Part shown: piece by piece, positions 13,641 to 26,375 of the stretch
Position numbering within the stretch: the first letter of the stretch is position 1
Layout of the letters: every line of letters starts with the position of its first letter
Assembly: GCF_006345805.1 (NCBI RefSeq)
Contig: NC_042997.1
Span: 84,506,001-84,570,000 of the forward strand
Reading direction: 5' to 3'
Source of the DNA: Octopus sinensis
Taxonomy: Eukaryota
DNA: 64,000 nt
The notes under the pieces: model-generated
The model's input: only the letters and a program-made list of their open reading frames with translations
The model's database searches: none
What the model was told of the DNA's origin: nothing
Position numbers and translations under genes: made by a program

Positions 13641-14200
13641 ATTTTTGCATTCTGTATGTGCTGCGTATTTATATTGTTGGGTGTGGATATGGGTTGTATT
13701 TTGTGTTCACTTCTGATGCTAGTAAGAAAGAAAATCAAAAAATTTGGTAATGTATTGTCGTAGAAAATGGTATCTAGGCGTTTTAAGAAGGATGTAAGAA
13801 GTTGTGCAGCAGTATGTGGTGAACTGTGAGTAAAATTAGATAAAGGGAAACTGTACAGAAGTCTGTCGGTTGGTTTGCAGCTGTAGTTTAAAAAGCACAG
13901 CTTTATCACGTACTGCTTCCCGCTGATTTAACACAATAATTATTTTAAGTGTAGACATGTCGGTGAATTGTTTAGCCACTCGGACGTTAATTCAGGAGCA
14001 GATAACTCAGTTGATCTAATAGCTGAATCCTCATATATCACCATCATATTTTTAACTTGTTTCAGTAATTTGATTGCGACCATGCTGAGGCACCGCCTTA
14101 AAGGGTTTTAATCGAAAAATCGATCCCAGTACTTATTTTTTGTTAAATCTGGTACTTATTCTCTTGGTCTCTTTATAGATAAATAAATAAATAGATAGAC

Positions 14201-14295
<95 letters not shown>

Positions 14296-15014
14296 GGCAG
14301 ACAGACAGAAAGATGCACAGACACATAGGGACAGGGAGAGAAAACTAGATAAATAGTGAATTAAAAAATAATTTTATTACGAATTTTCTTGCGCTGCAAG
14401 AGAGAGATTTGAAATATGCATTTCAATCCATATCTTGCAAAATCTAATTCTCTATCGTTAATATACAGTCATTTTTCCGTTCAATAATATCTAAATTCAG
14501 AGTTGCAGATATTTACGATTAGTTTGTTGTTTATATCTACAAACCAACCAATTTTTTCTGTAATATTATAGTACATTGGTTTTGTTATCTCACTCATAGC
14601 TGAAAGATATGTATTAAGTTGATTTCATATTGATATAGCTTATGAATTAAACCTCAACCAGACGAGCCGATATAGTGTCTGACAATAGGCCGTAAGGTCG
14701 GTGGATTGTAGCCGACCAACGGTGCAGCGTTGTGTCAGTGATTAAGACCTTTAACATTCTTCATGGTTGAAGCTGACTATATGTATGTACCAGAAGCAGA
14801 TATAACTCACCATTGTGATCAGTGAGAGGAACGTGTAACTAGCCAGTGTTTTGTTAGTAATTTTTTATGTTCATTTTATCTTCTCCCATGTGCTTGGATT
14901 AGATAACCAGACCGTATTGCCACATATTTGAAGATATCATAAAAGAAGCCAGATCACCAGGAGTTTAATCAACGTAAGCTACGTTGTGAATTTTATAAAG
15001 CTTATAGAAAATGG

Positions 15015-15660
15015 ATGTCTACAACAACAGTAAAAACAACAACAGCAACGACAACAAGGAAACCATCTCGGAAAATGAGAACAACAAATGCAGCGACAAC
15101 AGCAACACCCACGCAAACAACAATGACAACAATAACAACACCTCTATTCCGCCGCCATCACCACCATCACAAACTCTACCACCATTACTACCATTATCAC
15201 CATTACCACTATCACTACTACACACCACCACCACCACCACCACCACCACCACCACCACTAACAACAACAACAGAAGCAGGAACGACTCTATCAGTAACAA
15301 CAGCATCAGCATCATCATTATCACTATCAATACTACCAACGTTACCAACGTTACCAGCGCTACCAGCGCTACCACCTTCACCAACATCGACAGCAACAGG
15401 AACACAACTCTACCACTGCAGCCATCACCAACCTCCACCACCAACAATACCACCACCAACAACAACAACGGCAACAACAACAACAACAACTACTACTACT
15501 ACTATAACATCAACTGCTGCAGCAACATCACCATGGGCACTAAAAACAACAACAACTGCAATAACCACCATCACCACCTCTAATAACAAGAACAAGAACA
15601 ACAACAACCACACCGCCGACGCCGCTATCAATAACAACAGCAGCAGCAGTAGCAGCATAT
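15015..15660. repeat. Degenerate (CAA)/(CAC)/(CAT) trinucleotide low-complexity tract
   Basis: Open in several frames only because the repeats lack stop codons. Confidence 0.85.
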
Positions 15661-16124
15661 TTCACCAATATTTATTAATGCTATCGATATCTATTCTTTT
15701 CTACGCTACTGTTGTATTTGTAGGAGTACCCTTCTAGATTAGTCTTTATGCTACTTCATCAGGTTTCTTTGGAAAGCAATGTATAATTTATATTCATTTC
15801 AAGAGAGCTGAAGATTGCTTCTTCCGAGGCAACAATTGTTGATAGATTTTGCTGTATTGGAATTCTTATCTCTTTCAATAACGAAATATTTACCTGACTG
15901 AAGCTAATCAATGCATATTCTTCCAAATGGGAGTTCTTTGTTCAAAACAGCCTGCATTTCCTATCTATGTTGACGTAGGTTCCTGTAGCAAACACCTCTA
16001 TATAATTTGATTAAATCAAAATTCAGCTGACTGCTAACGTTGATTTGTCCTACTGCATTTTGACGTCAATTTTTAAAGAATTTATTTGCTAATCTCAACA
16101 TATTATTATTGATTATCATCATCA

Positions 16125-16163
<39 letters not shown>

Positions 16164-16313
16164 TTCGCATCTACTGTGCTCCTGTATACCTTCTGGAGGA
16201 GTTACATCAATCCTATAAAATATTACCAAAAATGAAGTAGATTGACAAGTTTAAGTTTTGAACCTGTGGAAGGTACACTAGATGCCGAATATCGTTCACT
16301 TAATCCTATAAAA

Positions 16314-16370
<57 letters not shown>

Positions 16371-16783
16371 CATCATCATCATCATCATCAGCATCACAAT
16401 CATCATATATATTTATTTTGGTTTGGGTTTACAAAAAATATATTCTGACTTAAATTGTCTTATATATGCTTCTGTGATACAAAACAGCATTCATTACTAT
16501 CTTCGATTGTACTATTTATATATATTTATTCACCGTAACGATTCCCACCACCAAAAAAGGAAAGAAAAATGTATGAAACATTCATTTTAAGACAAAAACT
16601 TAAAACAATCAAGTCACATGTTGAACATATTAAATGTCCCATTGTTCAGGAAATGTATGTTTCATGTAAATTATATAGGCAAATATATATATATATATCA
16701 ATGAATCAACTTCCACATGTATAAATTAAGACGTACAAATATATGTATGTGCATACATACATACATTCATTCATATATATATA

Positions 16784-16818
<35 letters not shown>

Positions 16819-16864
16819 ATAATATATATATATATATCGTTGCTATAATGTTAAACTGTCATAT

Positions 16865-17365
16865 ATCCAAATAGGGAGGTTGGATAAACGGGGTCATGCC
16901 ATTTTTTATCAAAAGCATTATGGTTTGAAGTTAACGCGGTGTGCGCAGGCGAATTGTCGTGATGAAGGCACCACTCTCCACTTTGCCACTGGTCGGGGCA
17001 TTTTCCTCTTAACGCATCTCGCAAAGTAAAATGTCTAGTTAACAATTTGACCAGAAGGAACAAATTCTGTCTGGACAATTCCTTTTGTATCGATGAAACA
17101 AATCAGTATCGCCTTGACATTAGACTTCATTTGACGTGCTTTTGGGGGGCGTGGTGACATTAAATGTTTCCATTAACTTGATTGCTACTTCGTTTCCGGG
17201 TCGTAGCCGTAGCACCAGCTTTCCTCACCAGTGATGACTTTCTAAAACAGGTCCGGATCAACTGCTAGCCGTTCGTTCAGTTCACAACACGCATTCGGTC
17301 GTGACTGCTTTTGATCTTCCGTGAGCAAGCGAGGCAGAAATTTTGCTGCAACTTTTTTCATTCAT
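16865..17365 (-). mobile_element. Tc1/mariner transposase pseudogene fragment
   Basis: Minus translation AAKFLPRLLTEDQKQ...KVITGEESWCYGYDPETK*QSS*WKH...LRGKCPDQWQSGEWCLHHDNSPAHTAL; mariner DDD-domain motifs with stops and frameshifts. Confidence 0.9.
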
Positions 17366-17518
17366 AATTCCTTGCTCAAAAATCGTTGGCAGGAGCTGGG
17401 CTGGATTTGTTTGACTGAAACTCTTTGGAACTAAGCTCCAGCATGGTCTCAGTTCAAAGACTGAACCAAAAATAAAAATCACCTACCTTTGCATCTCTCT
17501 CTCTCTTTCTCTGCAAAC

Positions 17519-17555
<37 letters not shown>

Positions 17556-17560
17556 ATATA

Positions 17561-17678
17561 TTGGCCTGCTCGCTTAGCCAGCGGGGTGGCGTCATTCGAA
17601 GGCTAAAACAATGCGAACGCATTGTGACCAGCGATGTGTAGCAACATCTGATGGTCTGGTCGGTCACGTGATCATGTG

Positions 17679-17679
<1 letters not shown>
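17561..17679. mobile_element. GC-rich ~120-bp insertion within a (TA)n tract
   Basis: Sharp boundaries with (TA)n on both sides; internal hairpin gtgacc...gatgt/acatc...ggtcac. Confidence 0.55.
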
Positions 17680-17707
<28 letters not shown>

Positions 17708-17711
<4 letters not shown>

Positions 17712-17956
17712 GGGGAGTGTCATATTGTCTTAATGCTTTATTATTTAACACACTCACTGGTTCGATTTCCACTCATGTATTATTTATATTTTTTCTTCTG
17801 AAATTTTCATTGTTTGCCAAAGGATGTTGATTCTCCATTGACAAGGTTGCGAAAGCAACCAAAATTTTGGGACAAAAAATATAAATAATGAGTGGAAATC
17901 GAGCTGGTGAGTGTGTTAGATAATAACGCATAAGGACAATATGACCCACTCTCGAC
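17708..17956. repeat. Imperfect palindrome (~110-bp arms) with hammerhead-like centre; probable Penelope-like terminal-repeat remnant
   Basis: gtcatattgtc...aacacactcac...tcgatttccactcat is mirrored by atgagtggaaatcga...gtgagtgtgtt...gacaatatgac. Confidence 0.75.
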
Positions 17957-18365
17957 ACAACATAATTTACTTAAACACTCCGCTTAGTTCATGGGAATGG
18001 ACTAAGCGGAGCAGGAGCACACACGAGGACGGAAAGTGTCACTAAAGGGGTCACAGATGTGTGACGAAAGATTTCCAGACATTGGACATGAGTTATAATA
18101 ACAACAGTTATAAACGAATGAAGAATGAATATATAGTGCGCGTATTTATTCCCCCCCCCCACCACCACCATGACCGCCCCGAAATCCAATATCTGTTTTA
18201 ACTCACAGTTTAACATCAGGCATCTGGCAACGCAAATTCATAAACGTATATACATACATACATACATACATACATACATACATACATACATACATACATA
18301 CATACATACTCAGTATTAAATAAAAAGACTACAAACGGAAAATATGACATACCTATATATATATA

Positions 18366-18572
18366 CTCTTTTACTTGTTTCAGTCATTTGACTGTGGCCA
18401 TGCTAGAGCACCGCCTTTAGTCGAGCAAATCGATCCCGGGACTTATTCTTTGTAAGCCAAGTACTTATTCTATCGGTCTCTTTTGCCGAACCGCTAGGTG
18501 ACGGGGACGTAAACACACCAGCATCGGTTGTCAAGCAATGCTAGAGGGACAAACACAGACACACAAACATAT

Positions 18573-18617
<45 letters not shown>

Positions 18618-18783
18618 TACGACAGGCTTCTTTCAGTTTCCGTCTACTAAATCCACTCACAAGGCTTTGGTCGGCCCGAGGCTATAGCAGAAGACACTTG
18701 CCCAAGATGCCACGCAGTGGGACTGAACCCGGAACCATGTGGTTGGTTAGCAAGCTACTTACCACACAGCCACTCATGCGCCT
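18366..18783 (-). mobile_element. tRNA-derived SINE family A (CORE-like), full length
   Basis: Head gtggctgtgtggtaag...gggttcagtccc, CORE-like catcttgggcaagtgtctt, internal (TA)/(TG) tract, 3' tail gactgaaacaagtaaaagag; many copies in the window. Confidence 0.9.
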
Positions 18784-19191
18784 ATATTATATATATATAT
18801 AATTTCAAAATGTGTAGTAAATAAACAAACGAACATATACTAAATACGCCGGCGAACAGAAAACACAGGACACCGATTCTTCATCAGTTATCCGCCAGAG
18901 GGTCAAACGCAATTTTAGCCATTATCGATAATATTGCTTCTACTCTGGAGGCACCGATAAGAAACTTGCCAGGAATGGGACCAAAGTGACGCCAAATATT
19001 ATAGTAGTTTCGCACCGGCGCGAAATCACAATGATATTTTGCGTCATTGACTGACGAGGAAAACTTAACTGCGAATATTCTATGTATCATGTCTGTCTAA
19101 ATTTCCCGTCCGTCAAGTTTTCGTCTAGTCTCCTGTTTTCTCTGCTTTCGTTTCACTTTTTCTCCTTGTTGTGTTCTTTCTGTTCAAACCT

Positions 19192-19226
<35 letters not shown>

Positions 19227-19482
19227 CACGTGTGTGTGTGTATATATATATACATTGATTTCAAAATTTGAACACAGCCAGAAACCTCGAGATATAGGGT
19301 AAGTCGAATACATTGACCCCAGTGCTTAACTGGTGATTATTTCACCGACCCTGAAAGGGTTTAAAGACGAAGTCGACCTCGGAAGTATTTGAACTCTGAA
19401 CGTAAGGACGGACGAAATGTCACTAAGCATTTTGCTCGGCGTGCTAACGATTCTGCCAGTTCTCAGCGTTCTTATATGTATA

Positions 19483-19866
19483 CTAGCAGTATCGCCCGGC
19501 GTTGCTCAGGTTTGTAAGGGAAATAACTATAAAGCATTTTTAGAGAGTTATAGCCAAAAAATAGCAAAAAAAAAGGAAAAAATTATGGTAAATTTTTTTT
19601 GATAGTTAAAAAAGGTGGAGTTGCGTCACCTACAAAGTTTGTGGTTTGTGTTCCTGATTCTCGACCCCATGTCGAATTTATCGATTTTTTTCAGAACTGG
19701 GGGAACTTTTCAAAATTTTCGCTGCGTTAGTTTTGAATTATGACATTGGGCTATGTGTGTGTCAAGTTTCATCAGAATCGGTTGAAAGCCGTGGTCAGGG
19801 TGAGGGTACAAGCAAACAGACACACAGAAACACGCACAGACAAACTGCCGTTTATATAGAGAGAGA
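19483..19866 (-). mobile_element. Non-autonomous Helitron
   Basis: Minus strand begins A|TC (tctctctctatataaa) followed by (ctgt)-rich sequence, and ends with hairpin cctg-agcaacgc-cggg then CTAG|T; inserted between A and T with no TSD. Confidence 0.85.
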
Positions 19867-21006
19867 TATATATATATTAGTATGCAGATGTATGTATGTA
19901 TGTATGTATGTATGTATGTATGTATGTATGTATGTATACACACACATACACACACATACAAGTACATTCAAGTATAAGTACGTATGTATGTGGGTATTTC
20001 TGCAGGTAGGGAAGTAGATATGTATTCACGTAAATATGTACAGTCCCCAATCAGTTCTGAATTGAGAGCTGTCGTCACAAGAATTTTGGAACTATTTTTT
20101 TTTTAAAAAAAGCAATAACACTAGTTTATTTCGGTGGTGAACTTTAGAAAAATGCATATTTTATTGCCCTTATTGCGCGTTCAATTTGAAGAATTCGTGT
20201 TAATTGCCAGTTATATTTTTGGCTCCTTTTACGAGAACTCTTAACATTTAAAAATGTGTTGCTAAAACTTTGGCAACGTAACCAAGTGCATCATTGATTA
20301 TACATATAAATGGGAACGCGTAATCCTGACAGCAAACCTTTAGGTTCTGCTTCAACTAGCTGCCCGTAAATGTTTTCCTTTCCGCTGATTTTCAATGAGA
20401 TATTAACATCTGCTGGGCAACCAAATTCCAGAATGGCAGAACATTTATACGCTGGTTTTTATTTGTTTCTCTTCTCATATTCGTCTTCTTCGTACCCCCC
20501 CCCCCGTTCCAACTGTCACGTCTGTCGTGTTTGCATTAAATGAAACTCTTAATCGGAATGCTATCCTTAACATTCTTTATTTTAGAAGATGCCGTGTGTA
20601 TGTAAAAATGCACCTTCCCTTCTTTATCTATTTCAAGTTTATATAACCTCCTTGAAGAGATCAAAAGCCGGTCTCTAAGAGCCAGAGTACTGGTATTGGC
20701 ATGCATACAAGAATATACTAATTTAAATAATGAACGTTTAGAAAGCTACGGATATTTTAATCATATTCTGTTTGGGCAAGATTTAAAATATTTTATTGCA
20801 CCGTTTGTTTTCTGTTTCCACTAGAATCCTCACAGAAGAGTATGTGCGTATGTATGTGTGTATGTGCATGTGTGTGCGTGTATGTATAAAAATATTTATT
20901 TATATATGTATATGAATGTATATATGCATATGTGTGTATATATATATATGTATATATATATGTTATGTATATATATATTATATATATGTGTGTTTCTATA
21001 TGTATG

Positions 21007-21080
<74 letters not shown>

Positions 21081-21424
21081 TGTGTATGTATATGTACGTA
21101 TAATACACACGTGCGCGCAAACAGATATATGTATGCATATACATATATACATACACATATACATACACATATAGCAGACACATACATACACATAAGTTAT
21201 AGTGAACGGAAAAGAAAGCACTCGATACTTTAATAATGCAGAAGTCTGTGTATATTTATATATGTGTGCGCGCGCATATGAGTATCTGTGTGTGAAAGTA
21301 TGTATGTATGTGTGTGTGCACGTATGCGTAAATAAGATAGGGAGATGGAGAAAGAGAGAAAGACTAATAATCAGAGAGACAGATAGACAGCTGAAAAGCG
21401 TGATTTTATATATATATGTATTGA

Positions 21425-21656
<232 letters not shown>

Positions 21657-22235
21657 GCCCTGATGCAGTACCAGGCAGTGGCTCTCATGGTTTCTGATCT
21701 TAACTGTTATCATGTTCATTTTGTTATCATGTACATTGTGTTATCATGTACATTATTTTGTCTTTGTATAAAAGATGGGCTACAGCAAATATTCTGCTCA
21801 ATACCACAGATTTGCTTGACAGTTGCTTGACCTTAACCAGTTGGGCATGTCCCTTAGTTGCTGACGATATGTGCATCTCTGATCACGAGCAGAATTAGAG
21901 AGGGAGCATCATAGCCGTATGTTGAAAGGAATTCTTTGGAGTTTGGATAATTCACCTTTGGAAACATGGGTGTTTCGTTCAACATCCTTAAACAACCCTT
22001 ATTCAGGGAACTTTTGAGCGGGATGGGCTACTTGATCTGAAGGAAAATTCTAACTGGGCTCCACCTGCAAGGTCATGCGTTGTTTATCTTGATATGAGAT
22101 CACCATGTCGTTCACATATGGTTGCGACGCATGTACCTGGTGTACTTCTGTCAGACACGTAGTCATCATGGGTATACTGGGTTTCGTGTATTTTACCCCA
22201 GTGTCATTTTGATGGCATGCACTGCTCTCTCACTC
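21657..22235 (+). mobile_element. ~570-bp non-coding interspersed repeat embedded in (AAT)n, copy 1
   Basis: Begins gccctgatgcagtacc and ends ctctcactc(aat)n; diverged direct copy at 23304-23855; internal triplication of tgttatcatgtacat. Confidence 0.8.
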
Positions 22236-22239
22236 AATA

Positions 22240-22291
<52 letters not shown>

Positions 22292-22292
<1 letters not shown>

Positions 22293-23233
22293 TCACACTA
22301 CCTAATAAAAATGAAGAAGAAGAAGTAACAACAAAAGCTATAAAACAAATGAAATCCAAACTAAAACTAAAGCATCAACGGACCATGATAAAACGATGGC
22401 AAGAAAAGCCCCTTCATGACAAATACTGGACTAAACTAAATGCAAAAGAAATAGACAGAGAAAAATATCAGCATTGGTTGAGAAGCTCAGGACCCGAAGC
22501 AGCACAAGACCAAGGCCTCCCCACCAGAAATTACCAAAAACATATAATGAAAAGAAACATAACAAGTAACTGTAGAATATGTGGAAATGGACAAGAAACA
22601 ATAAATCATATTATCTCTGGCTTCCAAGTCCTGGCTAAAAAGGAATATATTCACAGACACGACAGAGTTGTTACCTACATACACTGGAAACTATGCCAAC
22701 ACTATGGAATAACAGCAGTAAAAAGATGGTATAGGCACACGCCAGAAACGGTCACAGAAAACGAGAAAGCAACCATACTCTGGGATATGCCAGTACACAC
22801 AGATAGAGAAATTAAGGCCAATAGGCCAGATATAGTTGTCAGAGATCATGAAAAAATGCTTTCTAATTGATGTATCAATACCAGCAGATGACAACGTTTC
22901 TCTAAAAGAAAAGCAGAAACTTTCAAAATACAAAGACCTGGAAATAGAGGTAACTCGAATGTGGAATCTAAAAACAGAAATAATTCCTGTCATAGTAGGC
23001 GCATTAGGTGTGATAAAAAATACTCAGACAAATACATGACAAAAACACCAGGACTTACAAATATATATATAACATACAGAAAATTGCCCTACTGGGCACT
23101 GCACACATCCTGCGCAAAACACTTTTAATACAGTAACCATAAGAGCATCACAACAAACCACAGCACATACCCAAGGCACATAGAGCTGCGCTCGGTAGTG
23201 AAGTGAAGGCAAGCTATAAAAATAAAACTACTG
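22292..23233 (+). mobile_element. 5'-truncated R4/Dong-clade non-LTR retrotransposon (CCHC knuckle + restriction-like endonuclease), frameshifted
   Basis: AAQDQ...CRICGNGQETINHIISG...RHDRV...RPDIVV...IDVSIP...KLSKY...IPVIVGALG...KIALLGTAHILRK; flanked by (AAT)n on both sides. Confidence 0.9.
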
Positions 23234-23303
23234 AATAATAATAATAGTAATAGTAATGATGATAATTATAATAATAATAACCACCCTGATTCAGTACTTA
23301 TCT

Positions 23304-23855
23304 GCCCTGATGCAATACCAGACAGTGGCTCTCGTGGTTTCTGATCTTAACTGGTTGGGAGTGTTATCATGTGTTATCATTGTTTTGTCTTGATGGGCTA
23401 CTGCAAATATTCTGCTCAATACCACAGATTTGCTTGTCGGTGGCTTGACCATAACCAGTTGGGCATGTCCTTTAGTCACTGACGATATGTGCACCCCTGA
23501 CCACGAGCAGAAGTAGTTGGGGAGCATCGTAGCCATGTGCTGAGAGAAATTCTTTGATGTTTGAATAATTCACCTTTGGAATCATGGGTGTGTCGTTCTT
23601 CGTCCATAAACAAACCTTATTCAGGGACCTTTTGAGCGGGATGGGTTACTCGACCTGCAACAAAATTCAACTAGGCCCCACCTGTATGATCATGCGCTGT
23701 TTATCTTGATACAAGGTCACCATATCGCGCACATACTGTTGTGACGCATGTGCCTTGTGTATCTTTATTCGACGGGTAGTCATGATGGGTATATTGGACT
23801 TCATATATTGGTACCACTGTCTCCCTTTGATGGCATGTACTGCTCTCTCTCACTC
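23304..23855 (+). mobile_element. ~550-bp non-coding interspersed repeat embedded in (AAT)n, copy 2
   Basis: Colinear with 21657-22235, with many substitutions. Confidence 0.8.
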
Positions 23856-23869
23856 AATAATAATAATAA

Positions 23870-24057
23870 TCCTTTCTACTAAAGGCACGAGGCCTGAAAT
23901 TTGGGGGGGGGGATTAGTCGATTACATCAACCACAGTGTTTCACGGGTATTTAATTTATCGAACCCGAAGGATGAAAGGCAAAGTCTACCTCAGAAAGTA
24001 AGGACAGGCGAAATGCCGCTAAGCATTTCGCCCGGCGTGTTAACAATTCTGCTAGCT
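23870..24057 (-). mobile_element. SINE family C
   Basis: Reverse complement of the 13421-13640 family; its (ATT)n tail is the AAT tract at 23856-23870. Confidence 0.8.
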
Positions 24058-24151
24058 TAATAACAATAATAATAATTTATAAGTAGAAGAATGATAAGGA
24101 TGATGATGATGATGATGATAGTGATAATGGTGATGATGATGATGATGATAG

Positions 24152-24182
<31 letters not shown>

Positions 24183-24278
24183 AACAGCAACAACAACAAT
24201 GATAATAACAACTACGAAAGCAATAAAAACAACAACAGCAACAGCAGCAGCAGCAGTAGCAGTAGCAGTAGTTGTTGT

Positions 24279-24366
<88 letters not shown>

Positions 24367-25249
24367 CGCAAATACACAGGCCAGACTGGAAAGACATAAC
24401 GAAGAAGAGAACAGTAAATCTGCAATAAAACATAAAGCATAAAATAACAGTCTGACAGAAAAAACAGTCAAATAATGATTGATGGATAAACAAACTGATC
24501 AGACTTGCTCTACTGACTGGTGGATAGAGAGGGAAGCTGGATAGATAAATTCAGAAGAGCGTGAAAACTGACCAAGAGATAGGCTATGAAAACATATATA
24601 AGCATTACAGCTGTTCGTTCCTCACTGTTTCGATATAACGTGAGTGCATCCATGTAGTCAATGGAATTGCGAGAAACAACAGCCAAGTATCCCTTGAGCT
24701 ACACCCAGTCGGTTTTGAGAAAAGCACAGACGTGGTTCTGTGGTAAGAAGCTTGTTTCCCAATCACATACTTCCGGGTTTCCACTCTCAATGGAACTGCA
24801 TACAGCAGATAATATTTGGTGCGACGTCTCTCTATATAGCTTTCTGACAGTCTCCCTTTCTCTCTCTCTCTCTTTCTCTCTCTCTCTTTCTCTCTCTCCC
24901 TTTCTCTCACCTTTTTGTGTCTATCTTTTCTCTCTTAAAACCTTACCTCACTTTCTTTTCTGCCAATCCTTCCTACTCTTCCATTCTTCATCTTCCTCTC
25001 TTATTCTGCGAATTCCCCCTTTATTCCCTTTCTTTCTCCCTATAATCCCGTCTTCTTCTATCCTAATTTTTTTCTTTCTATATGCCTCCTTTTTCTCTTT
25101 ACTTTCCTTCTATTTCTTCCTTTGCTTTTCAGACCCCTTCCTGTTTCTCCTTTCACCCATCCCTTTCTGGCTTGACCGCTGAACTAACTCCTTCATAGAC
25201 TATACATTTTCCAGCCGACCCTCGTATGTATATACAATTACGTGATGCG

Positions 25250-25795
25250 TTTCATCTGCAGAGAAGGTAATGATCTCAATATTTGGGGATGCAAAAGACA
25301 TTTGTTTATTGACTTATCTTCAAAAGAGCCACACCATCAATGGAGAGTACAATGCACACTTGCTGAGGCAGTTACGAAAATGTATCAAGGCTAAACGCCG
25401 GGCAAAGCAGACGAAAGGGGTTTTATTTCATCGGGACAAAGTTCCAGTACACAAATCTTTGGTTTCAAAGGTTACTGTGAGTGACTGTGACTTTTAACTG
25501 ATTGATGACCATCCCTATTCTACTAATTTAGCCCCATCTGACTATTATCTGATTTCCAACATTCAAAATCACTTGGCTGCGAACCAGTGTCTCAGTGATG
25601 AGGATGATGCCATATCTGTTGTTGATGCCTTTCTTTTGAGCAACAGGATGAAAGCTTCTTTACCAATTGGACCCAAGCACTACAACATCGATGACAGAAG
25701 AGTGTGGACCGCAAGGGGCACTATGTTGCAAAATAAACCTCATCTGGTCACATCCCATAAGTGTATCTTGATCAGCCTATGAACTTTTCAGCACC

Positions 25796-25800
<5 letters not shown>
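25250..25800 (+). mobile_element. Mariner transposase 3' fragment with right TIR
   Basis: SAEKVMISIFGDAK...TINGEYNAHLLRQLR...GVLFHRDKVPVHKS...HPYSTNLAPSDYYL (YSPDLAPSD motif); ends tgaacttttcagcacccacgt. Confidence 0.9.
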
Positions 25801-25875
<75 letters not shown>

Positions 25876-25949
25876 GAGACTTACTGGAATGTGTTCTGAA
25901 AAGACTTGCTGCTAAACAAATAGCGACAACAACAACAGATGTGTGATTT

Positions 25950-26375
25950 GCTTATGTTGTTGAGAGTGAAGGCTGGTTGTATTTGGTAGTGTGTTATGTT
26001 GCTGGAAGTCAATTTTGGTGGGTGTTACTTTAAGTCTGATGTTGTGGTAAGAGGTTTTTATGCGATCTGAAAAGAGGGTGAGTTGTGCTGTTTTCTGCTT
26101 CTGCTGAAATTTTAAAGTTTGTAAGGTGGGAAGATTATGTAAGCATAGGTTAAAAGAAGATTGGTTAGAAAGATGGATCCCTGTGTTATTCCATTCTAGA
26201 ATTTGCAGGTTCTGGAAAATGCTATTATTTTACAGCTCAGTAGGTTGTCACACTAATAGTTTTTGTGTGTGTGTGCATTAAGTTAGTGTTGAGTATTCTT
26301 GTGTAGTGAATAAGAGGAGATAGAGATGAAATCGAATGTTCTATATGGGTGGTTTTTTTTTCTTCTATTTACTTT
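25950..26375 (-). mobile_element. Degenerate I/Jockey-group LINE reverse transcriptase fragment
   Basis: Minus translation pieces KKPP..RTFDFI, ILNTNL and NGITQGSIF...FNLCLHNLP (GVPQGS..LFN motif); frameshifted. Confidence 0.55.

Noticed and set aside
15805-15845. CTGAAGA-ttgc...gcaa-CAATTG-TT hammerhead-like string
   Set aside because: GAAA is absent and stem I does not pair.
21657-23855. LTR retrotransposon (direct repeats flanking a coding region)
   Set aside because: No TG...CA ends, PBS or PPT; the repeats are separated from the core by (AAT)n, and the core is an RLE non-LTR fragment.
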